A stretch of 33,540 bases of DNA. Origin: Lentisphaerota bacterium (GTDB lineage: Bacteria; Verrucomicrobiota; Lentisphaeria; Oligosphaerales; JAFGRS01). The notes beneath the pieces are model-generated. The model was not told the origin of the DNA. It did no database searches and saw nothing but the letters and a program-made list of their open reading frames with translations. The position numbers and the translations under genes are program-made. Below, piece by piece: positions 14,701 through 20,300 of this stretch (its first letter is position 1; every line of letters starts with the position of its first letter). The stretch spans positions 1 to 33,540 of the forward strand of contig JAAYZO010000535.1 in the NCBI GenBank assembly GCA_012514865.1, in the 5' to 3' direction.

Positions 14701-17318
14701 GGGCGGTCGGCGACGGTGATGGTGTCGTTGCCGCTGAAGTCGGTACGGGCGACATTCCAGACGCAGACCGCGTCGATGTCGCCGAGGAAGCCGTCACCGA
14801 CGACCACCTCGCTGACGCCGACGGCATCGGCGCCGGGGCGGACGCTCCCGACCGGTATCGAGGTCGGGAAGCCGTTGTTGACGACGATCGAGAGGGTCTT
14901 GGCCTCGGCGCCGTAGACGGCGGCGATGTGGGTCCAGACGCCGGTCTCGATCACCGCCACCGCGGCCGCGTTGGCGGCGCTCGGGACCTGCAGGGCGACG
15001 CCGCCGTTGCCGGCCGCGTCCTTGGCGCTGACGAAGCGTGCGTACGGCCGCAGGGCCCCGCCGATCCGGGCGACGCCGAGTTCGTAGTTGACGGTCTCGA
15101 AGGTGCCATTCAGATCGGCGTCGATGCGGCGGCTGACGATGATGCCGCCATCGCTGTCGGCGGCGTCGATCTTGACCCAAGCGTCGACCGTCCAGGAGCC
15201 GCCCAGGGCAAAGCGCGGCTGGTTGGGCAGGACGAGGCGGTCGCCGGCCTGGGCGAGGCGCAGGGCGCGCGACACCCACGGCGACAGGGCGTTGTCCGGG
15301 GCACTGCCGGCGGTGACTTCGACGGCGTCGGTACGGCCGTCGTCATCGAGGTCGCTGACATCGGCACCGCCGACGGTGGGCACGCCGGGGTGGGTGCCGG
15401 CGAGCTGTTCCTGGAGGTTGCTGCGGCCGTCGCCGTCGCTGTCCAGGAGCTGGTCGGGGGTGACGCCGTCGGTGACGCCGAGGAACGGGTGCGTGCCGGC
15501 GAGGTACTCGGAGTGGTTGGTGAGGAGGTCGCCGTCGAGGTCGAGATCGGCGTCCGGCAGGGCCGGGTTGAAGTTCAGGGCGGCCTCGAACCACTCCGGC
15601 ATGCCGTCGCGGTCGCTGTCGCCGGGCAGGCTGAGGAAGTGCGCCTCGGCGGCGGCGGGGGCGTGGACGCTGACGCCGCTGCCCGCGGCCCAGGTGGCCG
15701 CGAAGCGGGCGGTGGTCTCGGCGCCGGCGGCGTCGGTGAGGGTGAAGACGTCCTCACGCTCGGTGAGGTCGAGCACGAAGCGGCGGTCGTCCATGCGGTC
15801 GTCGGCGCGGAAGCAGGCGACCATGACGCGGGCGCTGGCGAGGTCCATGGCGGCCCGGGCATTGAGGCGGCCGCCGGTGAGGACGACGCCATCCAGCGCC
15901 GGGATGCTGTCGGTGCCGTCGAGGAGGCCGGCCTTGATGTCGGCGAACGAGGCTCGCGGCGAGCGCGCGTAGAGGAGTGCGGCGACGCCGGCGACGTGCG
16001 GGCAGGCCATCGAGGTGCCGGACATCGTCTGGTAGCCGCCGCCGGGGGCGGTGCTGAGGATGTCCTCACCGGGCGCGGCCAGGTCGACCGAGGTGGCGCC
16101 GTAGTTGCTGAACCAGGCCAGGGTGTCGGTGGCGTCGGTAGCGGCCACGGCGACGATGTTGTCGTGGTCGAACGAAGCCGGGATGGCCGGGATGGCGTCG
16201 TTGTTGTTGGCGTCGTTGCTGGCGGCGGCGACGAAGAGCTGGCCGGCGCTGCGGGTGCGGCTGACGGCGTCGTAGAGGGCCTGCGAGTAGCCGTAGCCGG
16301 CCCAGCTGTTGCTGGTCAGGGTGGCGCCCATGCGGATGGCGTAGTCGATGGCCGCGATGGCGCCGGCGGTGGTGCCGCCGCCGCTGGCGTCGAGGAACTT
16401 CAGCGCCATGATGCGGACATTCCAGTTGACACCGGCGACGCCGATGCCGTTGTTGCCGACCGCGCCGATGGTACCGGCGCAGTGGGTGCCATGGCCGTCG
16501 TCGTCGATGGGATCGCCGTCGTCATTGGCGAAGTCGTAGCCGTAGACGTCGTCGATGTAGCCATTGCCGTCGTCGTCGATGCCGTTACCGGGGATCTCGC
16601 CGGGGTTCGTCCACATGTTGGCGGCGAGGTCCGGGTGGGTGTAGTCGACGCCGGTGTCGATGACCGCGACGACCACGCCGCGGCTGCCGGTGGAGCGGTC
16701 CCAGGCCTCGGGGGCGTCGATGTCGGCATCGGCAGCGCCGCCGGTCTGGCCGGTGTTGTGCAGGCCCCAGAGCTGGCCGAAGAGCGGGTCGTTCGGCATG
16801 GCCACGGCGCGGAGCTGGTAGTTCGGCTCGGCGTAGACCACGTCGGCACGCTCGCGGTAGGCGCGCAGGGCATCACGCAGGGCCATGCCGGCCGGGACCG
16901 CGACGAGGTCGATACCCAGGGCCGCGGTGCGCGACAGGACGGTGCCGCCGAGGGCGGCGTGCAGGGCGGCGCGCTGCTGGGCGCTGGTGGCCGGCTGGAG
17001 CTTGACGAGGAGCTGTCCGGGCTCGTGATCCGGGACCAGGGCCGCGTCGACGTCGGCCTGATAGACGCTGCTGAGGCCCTGGCCATAGGCGATGGCCCGG
17101 CCGCCGGCAGCGCTGTCGGCGGTGCGGAAGTCGCGGAAGATCTGCTGCGCCGGCAGGGCGCCGTTGTAGATGCGGACCTCGTCGATGGCGCCGGTGAAGC
17201 CCATGCCGAGGGTGGTCTCGGCGCCGTCGAAGATGCCGTCGGTCGAGGTCGCCATTGGCGTCGCAGGCGCAGGCGAACTCACCGGTGAGGTCGATGCGCT
17301 CGGCGACCGGCATGCCAT
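2766..17318 (-). CDS. Giant LamG/TSP3-repeat surface protein, 3' portion (frame B). Contains the I9-S8 subtilase, LamG modules 13 (C-terminal part) to 20, Ig-like repeats, a PPC domain and the C-terminal module.
   Basis: 4850-codon ORF ending at TGA 2766-2768, with recognisable domain motifs throughout (see sub-features). Roughly the first 25 residues (MACRSPSASTSPVSSPAPATPMATS) look like out-of-frame filler. Genuine sequence starts near DGIFDGAETTLGMGFTGAIDEVRIY, which is the C-terminal end of a LamG module whose body lies in the upstream ORF. This is most likely the continuation of 16873-33540 across a frameshift, not an independent gene. Confidence 0.9.
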   Translation of the reverse strand: MACRSPSASTSPVSSPAPATPMATSTDGIFDGAETTLGMGFTGAIDEVRIYNGALPAQQIFRDFRTADSAAGGRAIAYGQGLSSVYQADVDAALVPDHEPGQLLVKLQPATSAQQRAALHAALGGTVLSRTAALGIDLVAVPAGMALRDALRAYRERADVVYAEPNYQLRAVAMPNDPLFGQLWGLHNTGQTGGAADADIDAPEAWDRSTGSRGVVVAVIDTGVDYTHPDLAANMWTNPGEIPGNGIDDDGNGYIDDVYGYDFANDDGDPIDDDGHGTHCAGTIGAVGNNGIGVAGVNWNVRIMALKFLDASGGGTTAGAIAAIDYAIRMGATLTSNSWAGYGYSQALYDAVSRTRSAGQLFVAAASNDANNNDAIPAIPASFDHDNIVAVAATDATDTLAWFSNYGATSVDLAAPGEDILSTAPGGGYQTMSGTSMACPHVAGVAALLYARSPRASFADIKAGLLDGTDSIPALDGVVLTGGRLNARAAMDLASARVMVACFRADDRMDDRRFVLDLTEREDVFTLTDAAGAETTARFAATWAAGSGVSVHAPAAAEAHFLSLPGDSDRDGMPEWFEAALNFNPALPDADLDLDGDLLTNHSEYLAGTHPFLGVTDGVTPDQLLDSDGDGRSNLQEQLAGTHPGVPTVGGADVSDLDDDGRTDAVEVTAGSAPDNALSPWVSRALRLAQAGDRLVLPNQPRFALGGSWTVDAWVKIDAADSDGGIIVSRRIDADLNGTFETVNYELGVARIGGALRPYARFVSAKDAAGNGGVALQVPSAANAAAVAVIETGVWTHIAAVYGAEAKTLSIVVNNGFPTSIPVGSVRPGADAVGVSEVVVGDGFLGDIDAVCVWNVARTDFSGNDTITVADRPAVSPVEPSLVGAAVAGEARLTRHADLVLLGDTESTDTAIPNDSPFRVTARPSDPVVTPAALPMGLVASYIFDDNGATAQDFAVNRDDWKTEWFNAAVLESTTDTAEIVEAPTSPVQPSETDSDGDGMPDWWEDENGHWSWYDDSQFDDDGDGLTSIYEYWSGTNPYAVDSDGDGIPDGHEDADGDGLTNLEEQTYGTRPDLKDTDDDGAEDKAEVTAVTSPTHPMSVPNPAHSNMADPRSMALRHGEGFGVMLPFGQRFAFGYEGWTVEAWVYPGLVDQTGDILRFEGDNRVGYRLSLDNGVPEGVIFRKGDSATDTAIVRVGGAGSTAALVPATWTHLALVWEPAENTLRLYRDGILMLAQQTLADPSVGTSGKAFMARGFTDGVASDADSGYVDEVRVWAQVRTADEIAYWRRHLFPTLETIDLADYEYGDVLRVYYRFDDNGETVEDFAHLGERSYVIRAPVTTAQAARVRGIDDADGDGLAEWWVKLHQLDEWAKFRLDPTFVYDNTGEIDGVAFMRSFTAYTSIGNGDVSWLENLQYRSTKSDVLGEDGAFVRVVKYIRLAQVPTQAILRMWSPGCSLDNLYVNGTAVAPAATVDITPYLVQGNNQIAVFFERTSSYTRVIRYSNLVDGSAETFNQDIFTGKFDAELEVDGELVIVRGDDSRFDPRAVWHGVTASTWIQDENYMWTEDALARELPHRDYGLPHDPDRDGLENYYEQALMTNPRDADSDNDAVPDADEDFDGDGLTNAQEFARLTDPLRVDTDDDGIEDGAEVIGGTDPTDSLSPQISRVLDLTADGAALIMPTDRRFALSSWTIAAYVRPEAASAADINGVVPRRSVGIQAATGKHYVTWELSLANGQPQVRVTGASLAADKVVTRLNGDAVMGGVWTHLAASYDAATTSLRLYRNGLLVASQAIGTTCAINGPGPVVTSVGSLGTDGFRGLVDDVRLYDIAIPREQIEAERYATLAGNEPNLVAYYRFDDGTWTGSNDDLDGEAFELVEGHVEDFAMPAHDWRNDWENAATLRNDARLREMLPTETDPFDADRWTDTDGDGMADWWELQYFGDLSHDGTGDADDDLLSDLAEYYAGTHPGIFDTDGNGTPDSEEDPDGDGLWNYEEQVYGTHPALADTDDDGLTDYEELFVLGTDPTNSLRPVVPRLLRLTGSEYMVVSDSAATAPSRFTLAVWVKPAASAVSQGILRRTVRNGADATYRLVLTATNTVEFSYDMPVTGRTVRVTSGTPIPDDAWTLVVARLNTDTSDGTARVFDLNLFVADGDTYRRMQTTGVAIGSPVTDAMGDLVVGFAEDSSANALKRVTCQRFVGDLDEIALWDSLLTTADMTDLIVTPPSPGDVDESADGVDTDGDGVADDLTGPYATPETNLTDTVDNDNDGVVNDGPTHPAGRPEVDIPSNLVAYFKFDDGGVTGEDLHVVADWNQNWRHAGRYYPNSSIVVDGVVSGVGEPDRLPDAWELTYFGSLNVSQGLDGQDFDGDGLSDWYEFLAGTDPTRADTNGDGILDGDEDMDGDGLSNLTEQNLNRTHPLSADTDDDGVRDQSESSASAAAVNSLDPFRARAALFNGEGRFVVANQARHELTTWTVEARVSIPDSTASGVVVRRALDAGAPLDTVNFELGLDAGRPTARFTDSTGASRQVTAAAALSADAWHHLAATLNGTALVLYVDGAVAGALPVATAPKTRGTPGFEEISMGAGYAVGGGFAQALPAGARLDEVRLWKGVRTPAQIAAHTAGTLVLAALSPTDPATLVGYWRFDDGLGIDSHSIEDFTATMVNVDSLPDWFFNWPHAAYPSGAVVVGDENQPADVDHDDLPDWWEFANFSSSLTQNPGETDAAFRTRVLALYGNADDPDGDLLTNLDEYLGADGIGQVEGFDVDTDGDGVADFPAWGLGDGTNPMAADTDGDGIPDGSEVLVYGTKPYAADSDDDSVDDLVELLSGTLPNYALDPYKNRSVRFDGLPGSLLRAAARAELSLTTYTAELWFKRASTTAAEQVLLSRRSGSSVTVEIGIDATHKPFARFTYLGGSALTVTSSLTVQDATAWHHLAVVYDPRSTTGETGNFRLYLDGIMRGIVFTSITPDLPLTDLTLGGNGLSGFAGKIDDVRVWKVARSLAQINGSRFQRLSGGEANLVSYFIMDDDEWAGSALSPARYGAQDMVTNRLADSARGEGGYAFDTDVPNLLASDADGDGLPDAWEIANGLMPNDATGANGATGDPDNDGLDNLGEYRAGTRARLADTDGDGMADGWEVAYGLNPLADDAGVDLDGDGLSNIDEYLGADLVVDLVSVPPNWGDATDPLDSDTDGDGLPDGWERRYLLDATDATGVNGAAGDPDADGLTNSQERDYLTDPTDADTDGDGLPDGWEVANRLSPVDGNGRHGAAGDPDGDAASNIVEFGQGTDPNDRDSDDDDLPDGWEIRYDLNPLSAATPNGRNDDPDMDNRTNYEEYLAGTNPKVPEDETTDSDGDGLTDIQEWQPGVFTDPNLVDTDDDGADDYAEFVTGTQGYNSLSNERVNANVDLSRYAGLDYRGNLMARLETDEFLRAPGVDDALQRLAFSSWTVEARFRFRTGDDPAQRGQIDLDDHAVGEELFLVRRGFEVTTPGATADTNYAIGLKVGQNAGGKYLYPFTAWTNTADAGATPLANLRTAEVANLELFENQWYHLVGRYDSARHVLSLFLDGVLVAEQVGVPGYCPTVLPTRTAFVRFGENYAGDLDEVRIWGVDPRSLQYVDPTSGLTYYLNGATRSNAEITAFSSRTAMPVIGAYDGGLADAFNLANTDTSAYVVDRHVSQMPWTTPSGTVGRLATGVFYDDANANHAWDEGEAVWADQPGDGVLLIGTAGAYDAGIDLLIHGAAPAAATGTTRALALYYHDANADRAYQPADEDAWVDYANKASWYDAQPAPWAKAMGLALYLKFDDAGEHIEDFAWHADWRAGWMHAVLPGSANGAPLPTMDDVVMDGNDAPGMPRIRIDPATTTHEVARDAVLRVVVTLPSTDPDGLTVQYRYYWFRGVAAPTSPNAAVGFIDANGNGDWDEGEDLFEDADADGLYDLGETILVADNAALATSVTLDLARLGAAAGEVYYVVVVPVDDLGKQGPFALDYAVTTVRTAPQRPIFMSLNPDAPEVGDALTLSLRNPNATSITFLVDWYRNGEFFMSSPAAQVAANSATQVRLSGNLTRRGDLWGFMAYARDLAGGLSRPTYGSGNDPQVRVTRVIGGAANVVVDNDPPTTPTQVTVTPETAFTQDMLLCTASGSSDPDGDVFAYFYQWFRFDATAGGYLAVDGLTSPVLDEAETEPGDRWFCQVTAVDVFGNASVSVSSNPVVIAETLTGVYAYEPNNTANQARRILPKSNPLSLADTAIQDHSFVAQDDRDWFWFVVEDGPGYEQVKVTFETNGGAELWTPQHNSASDAADTVLALYSASPNGGAPRFIRQVDDIGVLRQPGSSSYARIVATLDPGIYYVQVWTNQILIDTNREYSVHLWFETPAGASGPSAPAHVVLTPAAPEITSDLVCEAGGAISPLGADAVSYRYVWYRNGLMVPFGSGAQPYEGYNYILANAKPDTSPDGSPANVVPARYTAEGEVWSCLVFAVDRNGESLGTLSNEVTIGSRSWTQSIQVDKTFTDGTPAVTQTVTIGWRSGATQGFDMGIDADLPTSIPPPGDPSGPPTGPGGVGAGTAVATTPSGSSYIIGFDQEHTRLTTDMRPYGDLTAWYLKVELGRNPGSCRIRWTDLGLPVTETPLILTRVDEGPYGELYPVSGSAVDMSAFSDITISSAEMAELLERADRDGVAPVAVFRISLGTGDRSQTISLRYGWNMISLAVEPVTSDVQSVFAFAGQPVIAGMVWAYEGGSYVPVLRVRAKVGYWVFCPFPNGATFTVHGMPTDGTLALEAGWNLVGPAVQTNALTAYGAYGIGGGNGTVNLNNIMTLNPVTMAYETVTTMVPGRAYWIEAFRRVNLPLSGPPR
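2769..3240 (-). other. Unassigned C-terminal beta-rich module with duplicated GWN(M/L)(I/V)...G(Y/A)YW(V/I) motifs
   Basis: YGWNMISLAVEPVTSDVQSVFAFAGQPVIAGMVWAYEGGSYVPVLRVRAKVGYWVFCPF...LEAGWNLVGPAVQTN...MVPGRAYWIEAFRRVNLPLSGPPR*. It contains no hydrophobic helix plus basic tail, no LPXTG and no PEP motif. Confidence 0.4.
3838..4195 (-). other. Fourth Ig-like repeat of the same type, C-terminal to the PPC domain
   Basis: PSAPAHVVLTPAAPEITSDLVCEAGGAISPLGADAVSYRYVWYRNGLMVPF...TAEGEVWSCLVFAVDRNGESLGTLSNEVTI. Confidence 0.5.
4264..4665 (-). other. Bacterial pre-peptidase C-terminal (PPC)-like domain
   Basis: YEPNNTANQARRILPKSNPLSLADTAIQDHSFVAQDDRDWFWFVVEDGPGYEQVKVTFETNGG...DTVLALYSAS...ATLDPGIYYVQVW. 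This fits the PPC layout (E.N(D/N)t...A..l, D.DW(f/y).F, D..l.LY, GtYYv.V). Confidence 0.65.
4685..5780 (-). other. Three Ig-like beta-sandwich repeats (approx 5345-5780, 5015-5335, 4685-4988)
   Basis: Recurrent pattern: P..P..v.(l/v).P..p...d.L.C.a.g.sDPDGD...Y.Y.W(F/Y)R.g......L......GD.W.C.V.A.D..G..s..v.S..V.I. Example: NDPPTTPTQVTVTPETAFTQDMLLCTASGSSDPDGDVFAYFYQWFRFD...PGDRWFCQVTAVDVFGNASVSVSSNPVVI. I cannot assign a family name. Confidence 0.5.
7150..8115 (-). repeat. Dense run of TSP3/EF-hand-like calcium loops organised as about 5-6 tandem 52-64-aa units
   Basis: The units begin D(A/T/S)DGDG(L/M)(P/A)D(A/G)WE(I/V/R), continue through ..G..G..GDPD.DG(L).N..E(Y), and end ..GT(D/N)P.D.. 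For example: DTDGDGLPDGWERRYLLDATDATGVNGAAGDPDADGLTNSQERDYLTDPTDA followed by DTDGDGLPDGWEVANRLSPVDGNGRHGAAGDPDGDAASNIVEFGQGTDPNDR. Confidence 0.75.
12670..13180 (-). other. Galactose-binding-like jelly-roll insert (copy c)
   Basis: ..FVRVVKYIRLAQVPTQAILRMWSPGCSLDNLYVNGTAVAPAATVDITPYLVQGNNQIAVFFERTS...EVDGELVIVRGDDSRFDPRAVWHG. Clear paralog of copy b. Confidence 0.45.
15834..16793 (-). other. Subtilisin-like serine peptidase domain (MEROPS S8) with intact catalytic triad
   Basis: The catalytic Asp lies in VVAVIDTGVDYTHPDL (codon 16656-16658). The His lies in DDDGHGTHCAGTIGA (codon 16491-16493). The Ser lies in MSGTSMACPHVAG (codon 16011-16013). An oxyanion-region Asn occurs in VAAASNDANNN. 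There is a Ca-binding-type insertion GNGIDDDGNGYIDDVYGYDF. I checked all three triad codons against the nucleotide sequence. Confidence 0.9.
16803..17018 (-). other. Peptidase inhibitor I9-like subtilase propeptide (internal)
   Basis: GQLLVKLQPATSAQQRAALHAALGGTVLSRTAALGIDLVAVPAGMALRDALRAYRERADVVYAEPNYQLRAV. It has the typical ..v.f....s......a...G..v.........v......a...l......V.yaEPn... propeptide layout and sits directly N-terminal to the S8 domain. Confidence 0.6.
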
Positions 17319-20300
17319 CGATGTAGAGGCGCAGGGTGCGGGTGTTCTGGTCGAAGGTGGCGGCGAGGTGGGTCCACTCGCCGGCCGTCACGGCCAGGCC
17401 AGCCAGGCCGGCCCCGCCGACCTTGAACTCGCGGCCGTTGGCCATGACCAGGCGGGCGTACGGGCGCAGGGCGCCGTCAGCCTCGAGGCCGAGGTCGTAG
17501 TTGATGGCCTGCACCGCGGTGCGGCGCTGAATGACATGGCCGGCGGCCTCGGGCAGCACCCAGGCCTGGACCGTCCAGCTCGCGGCCGCGTACTTGGCCT
17601 GGTCGGGGATGATCACCCCGGCGCCGGCGCTGGCGAAGTCGAGGTGCTGGCGCTGCGGCGGGTAGACATTGCTCAGCGGGTTGAGCGGGTCGCTGGCGTA
17701 GGCATCGACGGCGGCCTGGCGCGGCAGGCCGAGGCCGGGGTACATCTGCTCGCCGAAGACCTCCTCGGCGTCGGTGAAGCCATCCGCGTCGCTGTCGGCG
17801 AGGCGCGGGTCGGTGCCGAAGCGCTGCTCGAGGCCGTTGATGAGGCCGTCGCCATCGCTGTCCTCTCGGAAGTCGCCGGCGCAGTCGTCGCAGTCGTCGA
17901 GCTGATCCGGGTGCGTCCCGCAGAGGAACTCGTAGAGGTTGTTCAGGCCGTCGTTATCCGGGTCGGCGAGCGGGTCGTCGACGCGGTAGAAGACCTCGAA
18001 CCAGTCGGCCATGCCATCGGCGTCGCTGTCGTCGAAGCCGTAGAGGCGCAGGGCCTCGTCGGTGCCGATCCAGTCGGCGGTGCCGTCAGCGTCGGTGTCG
18101 CCGACGCCGTAGAGGGCCGCCGGGATGGCGTGCGTGTCGGCCTGCTCCCAGCCCGGGTGCGCGAAGTCCTCGATGGACATGCCGCCGTCGTCGAAGCGGA
18201 AGCAGCGGAACAGCCCGGTGGCGCTGGCGGGGACCAGCTCCCAGCGCGCCCGGTCGATCTGCGCGGCGGTGCGCGCCGTGGTCCAGATGCGGACCTCGTC
18301 CAGGCAGACGCTGCTGGTCGACCAACTCGGGAAGGCCGCCAGGGTGAAGGAGCCGACGCCGCTGGCCGGGGCGTAGTCGAAGTCGGTCTCGCGGAACTCC
18401 AGACGGAACTGCGAGGCGCCGTTGAGCAGGAGGCTCAGGGTGCGCTGGCGGCTGTCCCAGGTCGCGGCCAGGTGCGTCCAGGTCGACGGCGCCAGGGCGA
18501 CGTCGGCATCGAGGCGCTTCTCCGTGCCGCGATCGGTCTGGTAACGGACGTAGGGCCGGCCGGCGGCGATGCCGAGTTCGAAGGTGGTCAGGGCGCCCAT
18601 GCTGCGGCGCACCAGGACACCCGTCTCGCTGCTCGGGTCGTCGGCGCGGAACCAGGTCTCGACCGTCCACTCGGGCATGAGCTGGGCGCGCTCGGTGGCC
18701 AGGAGGGGCACCGAGAGGCCGCTGGTGCGGCCGGCCTGGCTGACCAGGAAGTGGCGGGCCACGGCCGGGCTCATCGAGTGACGCGGGCTGGTCAGGCCGG
18801 TGACTTCGTCGCCGTCCTTGAGGCCGTCGTCGTCGGTGTCGGCATTCCGCGGGTCGGTCTGGTACTGCTGTTCCTCGTAGTTGGTCAGGTCGTCGTTGTC
18901 GGTGTCCTCGGCGCTGTCGAGGATGCCGTCGTCGTCGCTGTCGGGGTTGGTCGGGTCGAGGTCAGCGAGGTACTCGTAGAGGTCGTTGAGGCCATCGCCA
19001 TCCTGGTCGCCGGTGCCATCCGAGACGGTGATATCGCCGAAGTAGTGGATCTCCCACCAGTCGGCCATGCCGTCGGCGTCGCTGTCGACATCCCAGAGGA
19101 CCGGGCTGGCGCCGCCGAGGTCGATGACGTCGGCCGTGCCGCGCAGGGCGGCGGCGTTGGTCCAGTTGCGGTTCCAGTCGCCGCTGTTGGCGATCAGGCT
19201 GTCCTGGGCGGTCTCGCCATCGTCATCGAAGCGGTAGTAGGCCACCAGGCCGGCCTCGTCGCCGACCAGCAGGCCGGTCATCGTCGCGGCGACCTCGTCG
19301 GCCGTGCGGACGCTGCCCCAGATGCGGACGTCGTCGATGACGCCGGTGAAGCCCTCGCCGATGCGGGTGTAGGCGACGCCGGGGCCGGAGCGCACCGGAG
19401 CGGTGGTGCTGCGGCGGTCACGGGCCTGAGCGCCGTCGAGGATCAGGGTCAGGGTGCGGGTGGTGTCGTTGTAGACACCGGCCACGTGCGTCCAGGCCAG
19501 GCCGTCGGCCGTGATCGGCTGCAGCGAGGTGGCGCGCACCATGGTGCCGCGGCCGTCGCTGTAGCAGGCCTCGACCTTGCCGTCGGGCAGGAGGTGCAGG
19601 GCGTAGTTGATGTTGAGCTGGCCGGCCTTGGTGCCGACGACGCGCTCGACGATGCGGGCGGTGGTGCCGGCGGCCGGGAGGGCGCTCGGCCGGATCCATG
19701 CCTCGATCGTCCAGTCGGTCAGCGCAAAGCGCGCCTGCAGGGGCAGCTCGGCGTAGGAGCCGGCCGTGCCGTCGAGGGCCAGGCCGCGCATCACCGTCGG
19801 GCTGTTGCCGTCGGTCGGGTCGGAGCCGGCCGTGACCTCGACGCCGTCCTCGAGGCCGTCGTCGTCGGTGTCCTTGGTGACCGGGTCGGTGCCGAAGAGG
19901 TCCTCACGTGAGTTGGTGAGGCCGTCACCGTCGAAGTCCTCGTCGCCGTCAGCGATGCCGTTGTTGTCGCTGTCGCGGTCCATGGGGTTGGTACCCAGCA
20001 TGAACTCGAGGAGGTTGGTGACGCCGTCGAAGTCCGGGTCATTGGCAATACCGTAGTCCTGGTGCGGCGGGAAGTGGCCGCTGTAGTCGGTCCAGGGCTG
20101 CTGGGTGGTGCTGGTACGGCCGTGCCAGACGGTGCGCGGGTCGAACTTATGGTGGTCACCGCGGACGATCACCTCGCGGCCGTCGACGGTCAGGGCGGCG
20201 TCCATCTTCATGCTGGCGCGCGGCCAGGTGTAGGCCTGGACCGGCCACGGACGATCCTGCAGGACCGGGGCCTGCCCGCCGGGGTTGTAGACCCAGAAGC

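Noticed and set aside
17229-17262. Programmed ribosomal frameshifting as the explanation for the frame break.
   Set aside because: There is no slippery heptamer, homopolymer run or in-frame stop at the shift site. I saw no convincing stimulatory Shine-Dalgarno element or downstream structure. Frame A continues open for about 125 codons instead of pausing at a stop. A simple 1-nt indel, real or technical, is more parsimonious. I cannot exclude programmed frameshifting from sequence alone.
3024-17288. Very long plus-strand ORFs opposite the giant gene: 4754 aa at 3024-17288, plus 17170-19911, 20062-23211 and 23320-29814. Also the 747-aa ORF at 83-2326 opposite the EF-G gene.
   Set aside because: These are antisense shadow ORFs, typical of high-GC DNA with strong GC3 bias. 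Their translations are monotonous G/A/V/D/E/R-rich strings with no domain motifs. The minus-strand frames carry unambiguous signatures: the S8 triad, LamG and DxDxDG motifs, and the EF-G G1-G4 motifs.
16873-17318. Two genuinely separate overlapping genes, with the upstream gene ending at 16873 and the downstream gene starting at ATG 17318 or 17255.
   Set aside because: The overlap splits one LamG module: its body is in frame A and its G(F)TGAIDEVRIY end is in frame B. The frame-A tail and the frame-B head are both compositionally out-of-frame junk. No Shine-Dalgarno precedes either ATG, and the frame-B product would have no signal peptide ahead of its I9 propeptide.
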